DNA of 64,000 nt from Geomonas sp. GTDB taxonomy: Bacteria; Desulfobacterota; Desulfuromonadia; Geobacterales; Geobacteraceae. The position numbers were made by a program, and so were the translations under genes. The notes under the pieces were generated by a model. It searched no databases. It had not been told where the DNA came from and was given only the letters and a program-made list of their open reading frames with translations. The DNA is taken from contig DATFAB010000073.1 in assembly GCA_035255025.1 (NCBI GenBank), positions 18,186 to 82,185 of the forward strand. The letters run 5' to 3'. Shown here in pieces: positions 48,027 to 60,367 of this stretch; positions within the stretch are counted from its first letter, which is position 1; every line of letters begins with the position of its first letter.

Positions 48027-49367
48027 ATGGAACTCTCACGCCATGCCGACAGCGTGGAAAGCCTGCTCAAGGGAAAGGAGCTGGACGGCTACGAGATAGC
48101 GGTGCAGCAGTCGCGCGATCTTTCCGTGGAAGCGAAGGGGGGCAAGCTCGACGCCTTCAAGTGCTCGGAGCCGCTGGGGCTCGCCATCCGGGTCAAGTGC
48201 GGCGACGGCCTGGGCTTCTCCTTCTCCACCGCCCTCGACCCTGCTTCCCTGGAGAGGATGGTGGAGGGCGCGCTGGTCGCAGCCCGCAGCCAGACCCCCG
48301 ACCCCTGCCACGGCCTGCCGCTCCCCGTTGCCGGTTACCCGGAGCTTGCCGGCCTGTGGGACGAAGGGCTTTCCTTCATCCCGCAGGAAAAGAAGATCGA
48401 GCGTGCCCTGGAGCTGGAGCGGCTGACCCTTGCCGGTGATCCCCGTCTGAAAAGGGTCAGGAAATGCAGCTACAGCGAATCCGCTCAACAGTCGCTGATC
48501 CGCAATTCTCACGGGCTTTGCGCCTTCTACCAGAGCAGCTACGTCTCCTGCAGCATCTCGGTGGTCGCCGAACAAGACGGTGCCGCACAGATGGCCTGGG
48601 ATTTCGACTTTGCCAACCGCTTCTCCGATCTCGACCTCCAGGTGGTCGCGCAGCGGGCCGGCAGCAAGGCGACCTCTTTGCTGGGTGCCCGCACCATTGC
48701 CACCATGCGCTGCCCTGCCGTGCTGGACAACCACGTGGCGAGCGACCTGTTGGAGGTGCTTTCCGCTTCCTTCCTGGGGGACAACGTGGTGAAGGGGAAG
48801 TCGCTGTTGCGTGGCAGGGTAGGGGAGCAGCTGTTTTCCGGGCTTATTACGGTGAGGGACAACGGCATCCTTCCCGGCGGCATGGGGAGTGCTCCCTGCG
48901 ACGGTGAAGGGGTGCCCCAGCAGGACACCCTGCTGGTGAGTAAAGGCGTGCTGCAGCAGTTTCTCTACGACAGCTACTGGGGAAGAAGGATGGGACAGGC
49001 GTCGACCGGCAATTCCACCCGCGGGTCGATCAAGATGCCTCCCCGCCTGGGGGCGCACAACCTGTTCATCGAGACAGGCCCCGACAGCTTCCAGAACCTT
49101 GTCAAGAGCGTCGGCAAGGGGATCCTGATCACGGACGTGATGGGCATCCATACCGCCAACCCCATCTCCGGCGATTTCTCGGTGGGGGCGGCCGGCTTCT
49201 ACCTGGAAGGAGGGGAGATCGTTCACCCTGTCAAGGGGATCGCCATTGCGGGGAATCTCCTGGAGCTGTTCGGCGGGGTCGATATGGTGGCCGATGATCT
49301 GCGGTTCTTCGGCTCGGTCGGCTCTCCTGCACTGAGGGTTGCCGAACTGGATGTCAGCGGCAGCTGA
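48027..49367 (+). CDS. TldD/PmbA family protein (PmbA-like)
   Basis: DGEGVP, STGNSTR, ANPISGDFSVGA.G, GSPALRV; AGGAGG RBS. Confidence 0.9.
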   Translation: MELSRHADSVESLLKGKELDGYEIAVQQSRDLSVEAKGGKLDAFKCSEPLGLAIRVKCGDGLGFSFSTALDPASLERMVEGALVAARSQTPDPCHGLPLPVAGYPELAGLWDEGLSFIPQEKKIERALELERLTLAGDPRLKRVRKCSYSESAQQSLIRNSHGLCAFYQSSYVSCSISVVAEQDGAAQMAWDFDFANRFSDLDLQVVAQRAGSKATSLLGARTIATMRCPAVLDNHVASDLLEVLSASFLGDNVVKGKSLLRGRVGEQLFSGLITVRDNGILPGGMGSAPCDGEGVPQQDTLLVSKGVLQQFLYDSYWGRRMGQASTGNSTRGSIKMPPRLGAHNLFIETGPDSFQNLVKSVGKGILITDVMGIHTANPISGDFSVGAAGFYLEGGEIVHPVKGIAIAGNLLELFGGVDMVADDLRFFGSVGSPALRVAELDVSGS

Positions 49368-49473
49368 CCGGACCTCGCGGGATCCCGGCTTTTTCTGCCG
49401 GTTGCCGAAGTAAGCGGCCAGTGGTCGCGCGTGGGATGTGGCGCGGGTGGCTTAATAATGCTTGAAACAGCAG

Positions 49474-49505
49474 AAAGGGGCGGCCTGTTAGGGCCGCCCC
49501 TGTTC
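49474..49505. terminator. Terminator hairpin between convergent genes
   Basis: AAAGGGGCGGCC-TGTTAG-GGCCGCCCCT. Confidence 0.7.
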
Positions 49506-49562
49506 GTTTGAGGCTTGCGTCAAGGGAATGTGGGTGCCCGTTGCGTCCGTCTCGTGCTGCTG

Positions 49563-49844
49563 CTAAGGTTCGTTCAGGATGGTCACCAACCGGCGCACCA
49601 GGGGGCTGACCACCGCGTAGTGCACTTCCACCCCGTCGCGCGTTCCTTCGATGATCCCCTTGTTCTTCAACAGAGCCAGGTGCTGGGAGACGGTTGCCTG
49701 CGGAAGTCCCAGGCATTCCCAGATATGCTTCACGTTACATTCCTGCGTACAAAGCCCTGCCACTATCTTCAGGCGGATCGGGTGCCCCAAGACCTTCAGG
49801 ATCTCCGCTTCCTTGCCGAATTCCTTGTTTTTATCAAATGCCAA
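49563..49844 (-). CDS. ArsR/SmtB family transcriptional regulator
   Basis: LKVLGHPIRLKI..QATVSQHLALLK..G; GGAGG RBS supports TTG at 49844. Confidence 0.9.
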   Translation of the reverse strand: MAFDKNKEFGKEAEILKVLGHPIRLKIVAGLCTQECNVKHIWECLGLPQATVSQHLALLKNKGIIEGTRDGVEVHYAVVSPLVRRLVTILNEP

Positions 49845-49900
49845 CGACTTGTCCTCCGCGTTAGGTTCCGAATTATCTATATATAGGAATGGAATTTTTG

Positions 49901-50889
49901 TCAACGTGAAGCTTGCGGGGTGCGGTAGATCTCTGCGCTGAAGTGGCAGGCTGCCCGGTGCCCGGGCTCCTTCTCCTCAAGTTCGGGCCGCTGTTCGCTG
50001 CAGACCGGCTGGGCATAGGGACAGCGGGTGTGGAACGGACAGCCTGGGGGAGGCGCGACCGGGGAGGGGAGCTCTCCCTTGGCGATGACCCGGCGCCTCC
50101 TCTTATCGGGGTCGATGCTGGGGATGGCGCTTAACAGCGCCTCGGTGTAAGGATGCAGCGGCGCGGTGAGCACGTCGTCCCGGCTGCCGGTCTCCACGAT
50201 GCGTCCCAGATACATGATGGCGATGCGGTCGCTCAGATGCTTCAGGACCGACAGGTCGTGAGTGATGAACAGGAAGGAGAGCCCGAGGTCGCGCTTCACC
50301 TCCTGCAGCAGGTTCATGATCTGGGCCTGGATGGAAAGGTCCAGGGCGGAGACCGGCTCGTCGGCGATGATCAGCCTGGGAGAGACCGCGAGAGCCCGTG
50401 CGATGCCGATCCTCTGCCGCTGCCCGCCGGAAAACTCGTGCGGGAAACGGGTGAACTGGCCGGCGGAGAGTCCTACCCGCTCCAGGAGCTGGGCGACCCG
50501 TTCCCGCCTCTGGCTGGCGTTGCCCATCCCGTGGATGATCAGCGGCTCGGCTATGATCTCGGAGACCCGCATGCGCGGGTTGAGCGAGGAGAAGGGGTCC
50601 TGGAAGATCATCTGGACCTCCTTCCGGAAGTTCCTCAGCTCGGGAGCGCTCATCGAGGCAAGCTCCTTGCCCTGGTAGCGGATGGCACCCCGGGTGGGGG
50701 GCATCAGGGCGGTCAGCAGCCTGGCCAGGGTGGACTTGCCGCAGCCCGACTCCCCTGCAATCCCCAGGGTTTCCCCGGCGCCGATCTCCAGGTCGACGCC
50801 GGCCACCGCGGTGAGGGTCTTCTTCTCCGCAAAGGCGGAGCCCCGCACGGTGAACTCCTTGTAGAGGTTTTCGGTACCAAGGAGCACGG

Positions 50890-50893
<4 letters not shown>
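49901..50893 (-). CDS. Oligopeptide/dipeptide ABC transporter ATPase (OppF/DppF-like)
   Basis: [31 protein letters not shown]-terminal Cys cluster. Confidence 0.93.
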
Positions 50894-51852
<959 letters not shown>

Positions 51853-51986
51853 GGGTGCTCCTTGTAGATGTTGATCGTCCGGGCCGGCTCAGGGCGCTTT
51901 AGCCCGGATCAGCGCGTACATGATTCAAAGCCGTCAGCCTGCTGGCAACCTTTCCAATGTTTCCGTCCCCCGAAAGCTCTCCGGAA

Positions 51987-52023
51987 GCAAATCCCCCTGT
52001 CCCCCTTTGTCGAAGGGGGGGAT
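51987..52023 (+). repeat. REP-like element, AAATCCCCC family
   Basis: GCAAATCCCCCTGTCCCCCTTTGTCGAAGGGGGGGAT. Confidence 0.75.
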
Positions 52024-52174
52024 CCCTTGGCCGAAATGGGTCATCGAGGGGCTCAGGATAGCCGGGCGCGTACTCCGGGCAGAGGGGGATGAAAACGGCG
52101 GCAGCTCAGGGGGCGAGATGAACCGACGAAGTCAGGACCTCTAATGACAACGGTTGTTTATAGCATTATTTGTC

Positions 52175-54292
52175 CTACTGGGCAACGTAGGAGTGGGAAG
52201 CCGGTTCGGTGGCGGTCGGGGAGAGGTACTGCGGACGGCCGGTCTGCAGGGACTCAGCTTCGCGCGGGGGGAGGAGACCCGGGGTCTGCAGGAGCTCGAT
52301 GAAGATCGGTACCAGCGCCGGGTCGAACTGTTTGCCTGCGTTGTCGGCCAGTTCCTTGATGGCGACCTCCATGGCCAGCGCCTTGCGGTAGGGGCGGTCG
52401 GAGGTCATGGCGTCGAAGGAGTCGGCGATGGCGAGGATGCGGGATTCCAGCAGCAGGTCTTCGGCGGCCACCTTGCTGGGATAGCCCAGGCCGTCGTAGC
52501 GCTCGTGATGCTGTCCGATGCAAAGGCGCACGTCGTGCAAAAACTCGATCGGCTCCAGGATCTTCATGCCGATGGTCGGGTGCATCTGCAGCTCGGCCAC
52601 GTCGTCCTCGGTAAGAAGCGCCTCTTTGTGCAAGAGGGAAGGGTCGACGCCGATCTTGCCGATGTCGTGCAGGATGGCCGCCCGCTCGATGATCTTCAGC
52701 CGTTCCTGGGGAAGCTCCAGCTTCCTGGCCAGCGCCAGCGAGAGGCGGGTGACCCTTTCCGAGTGGCCGCGGGTGTAGCTGTCGCTTGCCTCGATGGCGG
52801 AGACCAGGGCCTGGATGGTGTTCAGGGAGGTCTTCTGCTGCTCGTCGTACAGCATGGCGTTCTTGATGGCGATGCTCGCCTGGGCGGCGATGGTGCTGAG
52901 CAGTTCCAGTTCCTCGTGGTTGTAGGTGCTGTTGTTCAGCTTGTTGACCACGGTGAGGGTGCCGATGATCTCGTCTTTCACCAAAAGCGGTGCGCAGATC
53001 AGGGTCTTTCTCTCGTAACCCAGGGCGCTGAAGCGGTCGAACTCCGGCATCTGGTTGATGTCGGCGATCAGAAGCGGCTTGCGGTGCCTGATTACCCAGC
53101 TGGAGACGCTGGTGTCCTTCATCGGGATGTAGCGCTCCCGGGAGAGCGGCTCGCCGTTTCCCAGCAGGTTGATGACCTTCAGGTGGGTGTGGTCGGCATC
53201 GTAGAGGATGATGTAGCCGATCTGGGCCTGCAGGGTGTCCATGGTGGTGCGCACCACCAGGTGGTAGAGGCTCTCCACCTCGATGGTCGAGTTGATGGCC
53301 AGCCCGAGCCGGTACAGGGTGGAAAGCTTGGCCACCGCCTTCTCGAGGTTGGTGTTCTTGTCCTCCAGTTCACCGGCCAGGTCCGCGATCTTGTAGTTCG
53401 CCTCCTCGATCTCCTCGATCCGCTCTTCCAGGGTGATGTTGAGATTCTCTATCTCCCGGATCTGCTCTTCCAGCCGGCCGTTCATCTGGTGGGTTTCCCG
53501 GTGGAAGGAGAGCTTTTCCTGGGCGCGGGCAAGTTCGCGCTCGTGGGAGATGGTCCGCTCCATCATGCTCTTCAGCCGCTGCACCATCCTGTTGAAGCTC
53601 TCGCACAGGCTGTGCATCTCGACGCTGCTGGTGATCCTGATCTGGTGCTCGAAGTCCCCCTGCTCGACCTGCTCCATGTAGGAGACCAGTTTCCTGATGG
53701 GGCGGTCGACGTAGAGAAACAGGAAGACCACGATGGTGGCGAAGGTCAACAGGACCAGGATGCTGCTGGAGATGATGGCTGTGTCACGCTCGCGCTGGAT
53801 GTAGCTGTTCATGTAGTCGAGCGACAGCCTGATTTCCAGCAGTCCGAGGGTCTGCTTGGAGGGGGTGTGGCATTTGTAACACTGGGGAGCGTTGAAGATG
53901 CGTGCGTAGGAAACGAAGAGACCGTTGTCGGGAAGCAGGCTCAGGTTGCGGGTGGCTTCACCCCGGCTGCCCAGGTCGATCTTCTTGCCGATCTCCTCGC
54001 GGTCGGCGGAGTTGAGGATCCTGCCGGTGGGGTCGACGATCCGGATCGATTTCACGAACTCGCGCGATTTGATCCGGCTGAAGATACTGCCGACCTCGTC
54101 GGAGTGCCCGGACAGCATGGCGTTGCCGATGCTGCTTTTTATTGTCTCGACGAGGACAGAGATGTTGCGGTTTGCTATCTCGCGCAACATCTCTTTCTGT
54201 TGGAGGAAGTTCAGATAGGCAACAGACGAGATAACCAAGACCAGGATCACGGTGATCAGTGCCAGGATCTTGATTTTGAGAGAGTTAACCAT
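52175..54292 (-). CDS. HD-GYP phosphodiesterase with periplasmic c-heme sensor, HAMP, coiled coil and GAF domains
   Basis: TM-periplasmic(CYKCH)-TM-HAMP; GAF (ICAPLLVK..IGTL.VVNK); HSERV, LHDIGK, HHERYDGLGYP, DAMTSDRPYR. Confidence 0.93.
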   Translation of the reverse strand: MVNSLKIKILALITVILVLVISSVAYLNFLQQKEMLREIANRNISVLVETIKSSIGNAMLSGHSDEVGSIFSRIKSREFVKSIRIVDPTGRILNSADREEIGKKIDLGSRGEATRNLSLLPDNGLFVSYARIFNAPQCYKCHTPSKQTLGLLEIRLSLDYMNSYIQRERDTAIISSSILVLLTFATIVVFLFLYVDRPIRKLVSYMEQVEQGDFEHQIRITSSVEMHSLCESFNRMVQRLKSMMERTISHERELARAQEKLSFHRETHQMNGRLEEQIREIENLNITLEERIEEIEEANYKIADLAGELEDKNTNLEKAVAKLSTLYRLGLAINSTIEVESLYHLVVRTTMDTLQAQIGYIILYDADHTHLKVINLLGNGEPLSRERYIPMKDTSVSSWVIRHRKPLLIADINQMPEFDRFSALGYERKTLICAPLLVKDEIIGTLTVVNKLNNSTYNHEELELLSTIAAQASIAIKNAMLYDEQQKTSLNTIQALVSAIEASDSYTRGHSERVTRLSLALARKLELPQERLKIIERAAILHDIGKIGVDPSLLHKEALLTEDDVAELQMHPTIGMKILEPIEFLHDVRLCIGQHHERYDGLGYPSKVAAEDLLLESRILAIADSFDAMTSDRPYRKALAMEVAIKELADNAGKQFDPALVPIFIELLQTPGLLPPREAESLQTGRPQYLSPTATEPASHSYVAQ

Positions 54293-54634
54293 GAAACATC
54301 CGTTGCTTGATTGAGTGGCCGCGTGAATTCACGTGGAGTTCATCAGCGATATAACGTAATTTGACATTTTAGGCAATAGTTATTTCAGGAAAAGGGCACC
54401 ATTGGCGGGGCCCAATCCTTCGTAACTCCGGCACTTTGGAAGCTTGCCTGCTGCCTGCCTGCGCTGGCGGCGTTTGCTGCCGCTGCCTTCTTAATGAAAG
54501 AGCATGCGAAGGGCTTGCCAAACGAGCCGCCAGCGAGCTTTCTTAGAGAGATAAAATTATTGACTTTGCAGGGTGTTCCATGGTTTATATCTAGGTCTTT
54601 AGGCGTGGTTCCAGGTCGGTGGTGTACGGATTTG

Positions 54635-55744
54635 ATGAGTTTGTTCAGGACTTTTTTAATTTTGGCGCTTTGCCTGATTGCCGGCGGCAGCGCCGCTGCC
54701 TTGCGGCCGGAAACGGTCCGGGTGGCTATCGTGAAGGGGGCCGATACCGTCCGCATTGACGGGGGGATGGCCCTTTTGACCGATAGCCGCGGCGAACCCC
54801 TGGCGCTCGACATGCCGCTGGAGGTCAAGCGGGTCAGGGACGGCGTGCAGGTGAACGGCAGGGTGCTCTCCGGGCTGGTCGTCTCGGCGCCGGTCCGGGT
54901 GGCGGTGAACGGCAAGGGCTACCGCGGCGTGCTGGAGGTGACGGCAGGCGAGCGGGGGCTTTTGGTGGTGAACGAACTCCCCCTCGAGGAGTACCTGGTC
55001 GGCCTGATCAACTGCGAGATCTCCTCTGCCTGGCCCATGGAGGCCATCAAGGCCCAGGCGGTGATCGCCCGCTCTTACGCGATTTACCAGAAGAACGCCC
55101 GCCGCGGTGCGCCCTACCAGCTGGAGTCCAGCGTGATGGACCAGGTGTACGAGGGGTGCGACGTCGAGGACAGCCGCGCCGCCCGCGGGGTGCAGGAAAC
55201 TGCTGGCGAGGTGCTGACCTGGGACAGCAAGGTGATCCAGGCCTTTTACCATTCCAACTGTGCCGGCCATACCGAATCGTCCAAGAACGTCTGGGGGCTC
55301 TCCATCCCCTACCTGCGCGGGGTTCCCTGCCGCTACTGCCAGCAGGCGAACCCGATACGCTGGGAGCTGAAGCTGCCCCTCAAGAAGGTGGAGGCTGCGC
55401 TGAAAGCTGGCGGTTTCCGGGTGAGCGGGGTGAGGGCCCTGCGGGTCCTGGACCGCAACGAAAGCGGGCGCGTGCAGGAAGTGGCTGTCTTCGAGGGCAG
55501 GGGGCGGGTGACGGTGCCGGGTACCGCCTTCCGCAAGGCGCTCGGCTACGGCCAGCTGAAGAGCACCAACTTCGAGATCAAGGTTGCCGGGGATGACTGC
55601 CTGATCAGCGGCACCGGCTCCGGGCACGGCGTCGGGCTCTGCCAGTGGGGGGCCAAGCAGCGGGCCGCCGAGGGCTTCGATTACCGCGAGATACTTACTT
55701 ACTATTATCCGGGCGTGCAGCTTGCCAAGGAGTACGGCCAGTAG
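54635..55744 (+). CDS. SpoIID/LytB domain protein (lytic transglycosylase-like)
   Basis: Signal peptide; VNELPLEEYL.G, EAIKAQAVIARSYA, GHGVGLCQWGA, ILTYYYPG. Confidence 0.93.
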   Translation: MSLFRTFLILALCLIAGGSAAALRPETVRVAIVKGADTVRIDGGMALLTDSRGEPLALDMPLEVKRVRDGVQVNGRVLSGLVVSAPVRVAVNGKGYRGVLEVTAGERGLLVVNELPLEEYLVGLINCEISSAWPMEAIKAQAVIARSYAIYQKNARRGAPYQLESSVMDQVYEGCDVEDSRAARGVQETAGEVLTWDSKVIQAFYHSNCAGHTESSKNVWGLSIPYLRGVPCRYCQQANPIRWELKLPLKKVEAALKAGGFRVSGVRALRVLDRNESGRVQEVAVFEGRGRVTVPGTAFRKALGYGQLKSTNFEIKVAGDDCLISGTGSGHGVGLCQWGAKQRAAEGFDYREILTYYYPGVQLAKEYGQ

Positions 55745-56770
55745 ATGCGCCTTTCCGATTTTGACTACCATCTTCCACCCGAGCTGATCGCCCAGCACCC
55801 CGCCGAGCGCCGGGACGCCTCCCGCCTGCTGGCGCTGGACAGATCGACCGGCGCCCTGGACGAGCTGACCGTGGCCGGCATCGCCTCCCTCTTCAAGGAA
55901 GGGGACCTGCTGGTGCTGAACGACACCCGGGTGATTCCGGCACGCCTGAACGGGAACAAGGAGAGCGGCGGCCAGGTGGAGATCTTCCTGGTCAGGAGAC
56001 TCCCCGGGGAAGAGGAGTGCTGGAGTTGCCTGATCAAGGCCTCCATCTCCCCCAAGCCCGGTTGCCGGGTGCTCCTTCCCGGCGGCATGGCCGCCACCGT
56101 GCACGAGAAGGAGGATGGTGAATGGCGGGTCAGCTTCCGGGGGGACGAGGATTTCATGACCTGGCTGGAGCGGACCGGCAGCATGCCGCTTCCCCCGTAC
56201 ATCAAGCGCGCCCCGGAGGGTGACGACCGCGAGCGGTACCAGACCGTGTTCGCCCGGGAGAAAGGGGCGGTGGCGGCTCCTACCGCCGGCCTGCACTTCA
56301 CCGAGGCCCTGCTGGAGGAGATACGCGGGCGCGGGGTCGAGATAGCGCCGGTTACCCTGCACGTCGGGCTGGGTACCTTCATGCCGGTCCGGGTGGAGGA
56401 ACTTGCCGAGCACACCATGCACCGGGAGCGCTACCGGATCCCGCAGTCGACCGCCGATGCCATCTCGAGGACCCGCCGGCGGGGAGGCCGGGTGATCGCC
56501 CTCGGCACCACCTCGCTCAGGGCACTGGAGCACGCGGCGGCCTCGGGCGAACTGGAAGCGGGGGAGCGGGAAGCGGACATCTTCATCCTGCCGGGGTACC
56601 GCTTCCGGGTGGTCGATGCACTAATAACTAATTTTCATCTCCCCAAATCGACCCTGTTTATGTTAGTGTGCGCTTTTGCAGGGAAGGAAACGATGCTCAA
56701 GGCATACCAGGAGGCGGTCAGACGCGGCTTCCGGTTCTTCAGCTACGGCGACGCCATGTTCATCGGCTGA
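55745..56770 (+). CDS. queA: S-adenosylmethionine:tRNA ribosyltransferase-isomerase
   Basis: [52 protein letters not shown]. Confidence 0.97.
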   Translation: MRLSDFDYHLPPELIAQHPAERRDASRLLALDRSTGALDELTVAGIASLFKEGDLLVLNDTRVIPARLNGNKESGGQVEIFLVRRLPGEEECWSCLIKASISPKPGCRVLLPGGMAATVHEKEDGEWRVSFRGDEDFMTWLERTGSMPLPPYIKRAPEGDDRERYQTVFAREKGAVAAPTAGLHFTEALLEEIRGRGVEIAPVTLHVGLGTFMPVRVEELAEHTMHRERYRIPQSTADAISRTRRRGGRVIALGTTSLRALEHAAASGELEAGEREADIFILPGYRFRVVDALITNFHLPKSTLFMLVCAFAGKETMLKAYQEAVRRGFRFFSYGDAMFIG

Positions 56771-56778
56771 ATCTAGAT

Positions 56779-56868
56779 AAAGTCCCCCTTTGAGAAGGGG
56801 GATTCAGAGGGATTTGCCTTCGGGTGGTCCCCGCAAAATCCCCCTGGCCCCCCTTTGCCAAAGGGGGG
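56779..56868. repeat. Inverted pair of AAATCCCCC-family REP-like elements (REPIN-like)
   Basis: AGTCCCCCTTTGAGAAGGGGGATTCAGAGGGATTTG..CAAAATCCCCCTGGCCCCCCTTTGCCAAAGGGGGG between queA and tgt. Confidence 0.8.
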
Positions 56869-56886
56869 TGAAACCGCTACTGATAG

Positions 56887-58020
<1,134 letters not shown>

Positions 58021-58078
58021 GCTTTTCGCAACCGTTCCTCGGTCCGCCGGGGTGAGGAACCGGTAGCGAAGACGTAAG

Positions 58079-58115
58079 GCAAATCCCCCCTGACCCCCCT
58101 TTGTCAAAGGGGGGA
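58079..58115 (+). repeat. REP-like element, AAATCCCCC family
   Basis: GCAAATCCCCCCTGACCCCCCTTTGTCAAAGGGGGGA. Confidence 0.8.
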
Positions 58116-58129
58116 AGCTGGAAGAGCTT

Positions 58130-58250
58130 TGGAAAGGTACTGGGAAGCTCGGCAAGAGTACCGCTGCCGTTGACAAAAGTACGGTATCGTCGGCAAAAGT
58201 TCGGGACCGTTGGACAAAGTTCGGGACCGTTGGCAAAACTGCGGAAGCGG
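58130..58250. repeat. Degenerate 20-bp tandem repeat, about 6 units
   Basis: Units such as TGACAAAAGTACGGTATCGT, CGGCAAAAGTTCGGGACCGT, TGGACAAAGTTCGGGACCGT, TGGCAAAACTGCGGAAGCGG. Confidence 0.8.
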
Positions 58251-58397
58251 GTGCCTGCCGGTGTCGCGCGGTTGGTAGTAAATGGGGTGAAGCCCGGGTG
58301 TCGGGCTGGTAAATAAACGACTGTGCAATGAAGAACCGTTGAACCAACATGGCGTATGTGATCCAACGTACAGAAATTCAATCGAGGAGGTAGCAAT

Positions 58398-58724
58398 ATG
58401 TTAGGTTTGGCGTTTGCAATGGGACCCCCGGCCGGCGGTGCCGCAGGTGGTGCAGGTGGTGCGATGGCCCAGTTCCAGGGGATGATCCCGCTTATTTTGA
58501 TGTTTGCCATCTTCTACTTCCTGCTGATCCGTCCGCAGCAGAAGAAGGCCAAGGAGCACCGTGCGCTGCTGGATGCGCTCAAGAAGGGAGACCAGGTGGT
58601 GACCGCCGGCGGCATGCACGGCAAGGTGACGGCTCTCGACGATCAGGTGGTGACCCTGGAGATCGCTCCGGGCGTCAACGTCAAGGTCAACAAGGGCTAC
58701 ATCGCAACGGTCAAGAAGGACTAG
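58398..58724 (+). CDS. yajC: Preprotein translocase subunit YajC
   Basis: FYFLLIRPQQKK..LKKGDQVVTAGGMHG. Confidence 0.96.
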   Translation: MLGLAFAMGPPAGGAAGGAGGAMAQFQGMIPLILMFAIFYFLLIRPQQKKAKEHRALLDALKKGDQVVTAGGMHGKVTALDDQVVTLEIAPGVNVKVNKGYIATVKKD

Positions 58725-58754
58725 CATCATCATTCTCCCGAAAGGAGTTTTTCC

Positions 58755-60356
58755 ATGTCGAAGGGTTATACCTGGCGCATCTCCCTGATAGTCGTCTTCA
58801 TCGTGGCGTCCTGCATCTACCTGGTGCCGACGCTCGTTTCTCCGCTCCCGTCGTGGTGGAGCGGCTTCCTTCCCAAGGATAAGATCCACCTTGGCCTCGA
58901 CCTGCAGGGTGGTACCCACCTGGTCATGCAGGTTGAGACCCAGAAAGCGGTGGAAGGTTCTCTGGACATGATCGCCACCGATCTCGAGGATTCCCTCAAT
59001 GCCAAGAACATCCGCTTCAAGAAGGTGGCCAAGCTCGGCTCCGACAAGGTGCAGCTGACCCTGTACGATCGTGCGACTGCCGACACCGTGCAGAAAGAGG
59101 TCAAGAAGAAGTATCCCGATCTCGAAGTGCTGCCGGTCACCGAGGAGGGCGGCTTCATCAACATGCAGCTGCGCATCGATGAAAAGGAGCAGCAGGTCAG
59201 GAAGGACAGGGCGGTTGCCCAGGCCCTGGAGACCATCAGGAACAGGATTGACCAGTTCGGCGTTTCCGAGCCGGTGATCCAGCGGGAGGGGATCGACCAC
59301 ATCGTCGTGCAGCTCCCGGGCATCAAGGATCCCAAGCGTGCCATCGAGCTGATCGGCAAGACCGCGCGCCTCGAGTTCAAGCTGGTGGACGAGAACGTGA
59401 ACGCCACCACCGCCACCGCCTCCTCGGTCCCCGAGGACGACGAGCTCCTCTTCGAGAAGCGCACCGATCCGACCACCGGCGCGGTCTCCGAGACCCCGAT
59501 CGTGGTCAAGCGCAAGGCGATGATCACCGGCGATCTGTTGACCGATGCCCAGGTCAGGATCGACTCCCAGTACAACCAGCCCTACGTCGGCATCGAGTTC
59601 AACTCGACCGGCGCAAGGCTCTTCGACCAGGTGACCGCTGCCAACGTCGGCAAGCGTTTCGCCATCGTGCTTGACAACAACGTCTACTCGGCACCGGTCA
59701 TCCGCGAGAGGATCTCGGGCGGCAGCGCCCAGATCTCCGGCTCCTTCACCGAGAAGGAGGCCTCCGACCTGGCCATCGTGCTGCGTGCCGGCTCGCTCCC
59801 CGCTCCGGTCAAGATCCTGCAGAACGTCACCGTTGGTCCTTCCCTGGGTCAGGACTCCATCAAGAAGGGCCTGGTCGCCGGTCTGATCGGCGTGGCACTG
59901 GTGATCGTCTTCATGGCCATCTACTACCAGGCAGCCGGTATGGTGGCGAACTTCGGCATGGTCTTGAACCTGGTCTACCTGATGGGTGCACTGGCCGCCC
60001 TGGGCGCCACCCTGACCCTGCCGGGCATCGCCGCTATCGTCCTGTTGGTCGGTATGTCGGTCGACTCCAACGTGCTCATCTTCGAGAGGATCAGGGAGGA
60101 GCTCAAACTCGGCAAGACGCCGCACGCCGCGGTCGATGCCGGCTACGACAAGGCCTTTTTGACCATCATGGACTCGCACGTAACCACGCTGATCACGGCG
60201 GCGGTCCTCTTCCAGTTCGGCACCGGTCCGGTCAAGGGTTTCGCAGTCTCCCTGAGCCTCGGTATCATCATCAACCTGTTCACGTCGCTGCTGGCAACGA
60301 AGGTGGTCTTTGACGCCTTCCTTGACCGCGTCCACGTGAAGAGACTGAGCATATAA
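58755..60356 (+). CDS. secD: Protein translocase subunit SecD
   Basis: LGLDLQGG, RNRIDQFGVSEP, LRAGSLPAP, VDSNVLIFERIREE. Confidence 0.97.
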   Translation: MSKGYTWRISLIVVFIVASCIYLVPTLVSPLPSWWSGFLPKDKIHLGLDLQGGTHLVMQVETQKAVEGSLDMIATDLEDSLNAKNIRFKKVAKLGSDKVQLTLYDRATADTVQKEVKKKYPDLEVLPVTEEGGFINMQLRIDEKEQQVRKDRAVAQALETIRNRIDQFGVSEPVIQREGIDHIVVQLPGIKDPKRAIELIGKTARLEFKLVDENVNATTATASSVPEDDELLFEKRTDPTTGAVSETPIVVKRKAMITGDLLTDAQVRIDSQYNQPYVGIEFNSTGARLFDQVTAANVGKRFAIVLDNNVYSAPVIRERISGGSAQISGSFTEKEASDLAIVLRAGSLPAPVKILQNVTVGPSLGQDSIKKGLVAGLIGVALVIVFMAIYYQAAGMVANFGMVLNLVYLMGALAALGATLTLPGIAAIVLLVGMSVDSNVLIFERIREELKLGKTPHAAVDAGYDKAFLTIMDSHVTTLITAAVLFQFGTGPVKGFAVSLSLGIIINLFTSLLATKVVFDAFLDRVHVKRLSI

Positions 60357-60367
60357 GGGGGGCGACA

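Noticed and set aside
58130-58250. 20-bp repeats considered as CRISPR
   Set aside because: Units are contiguous with no unique spacers
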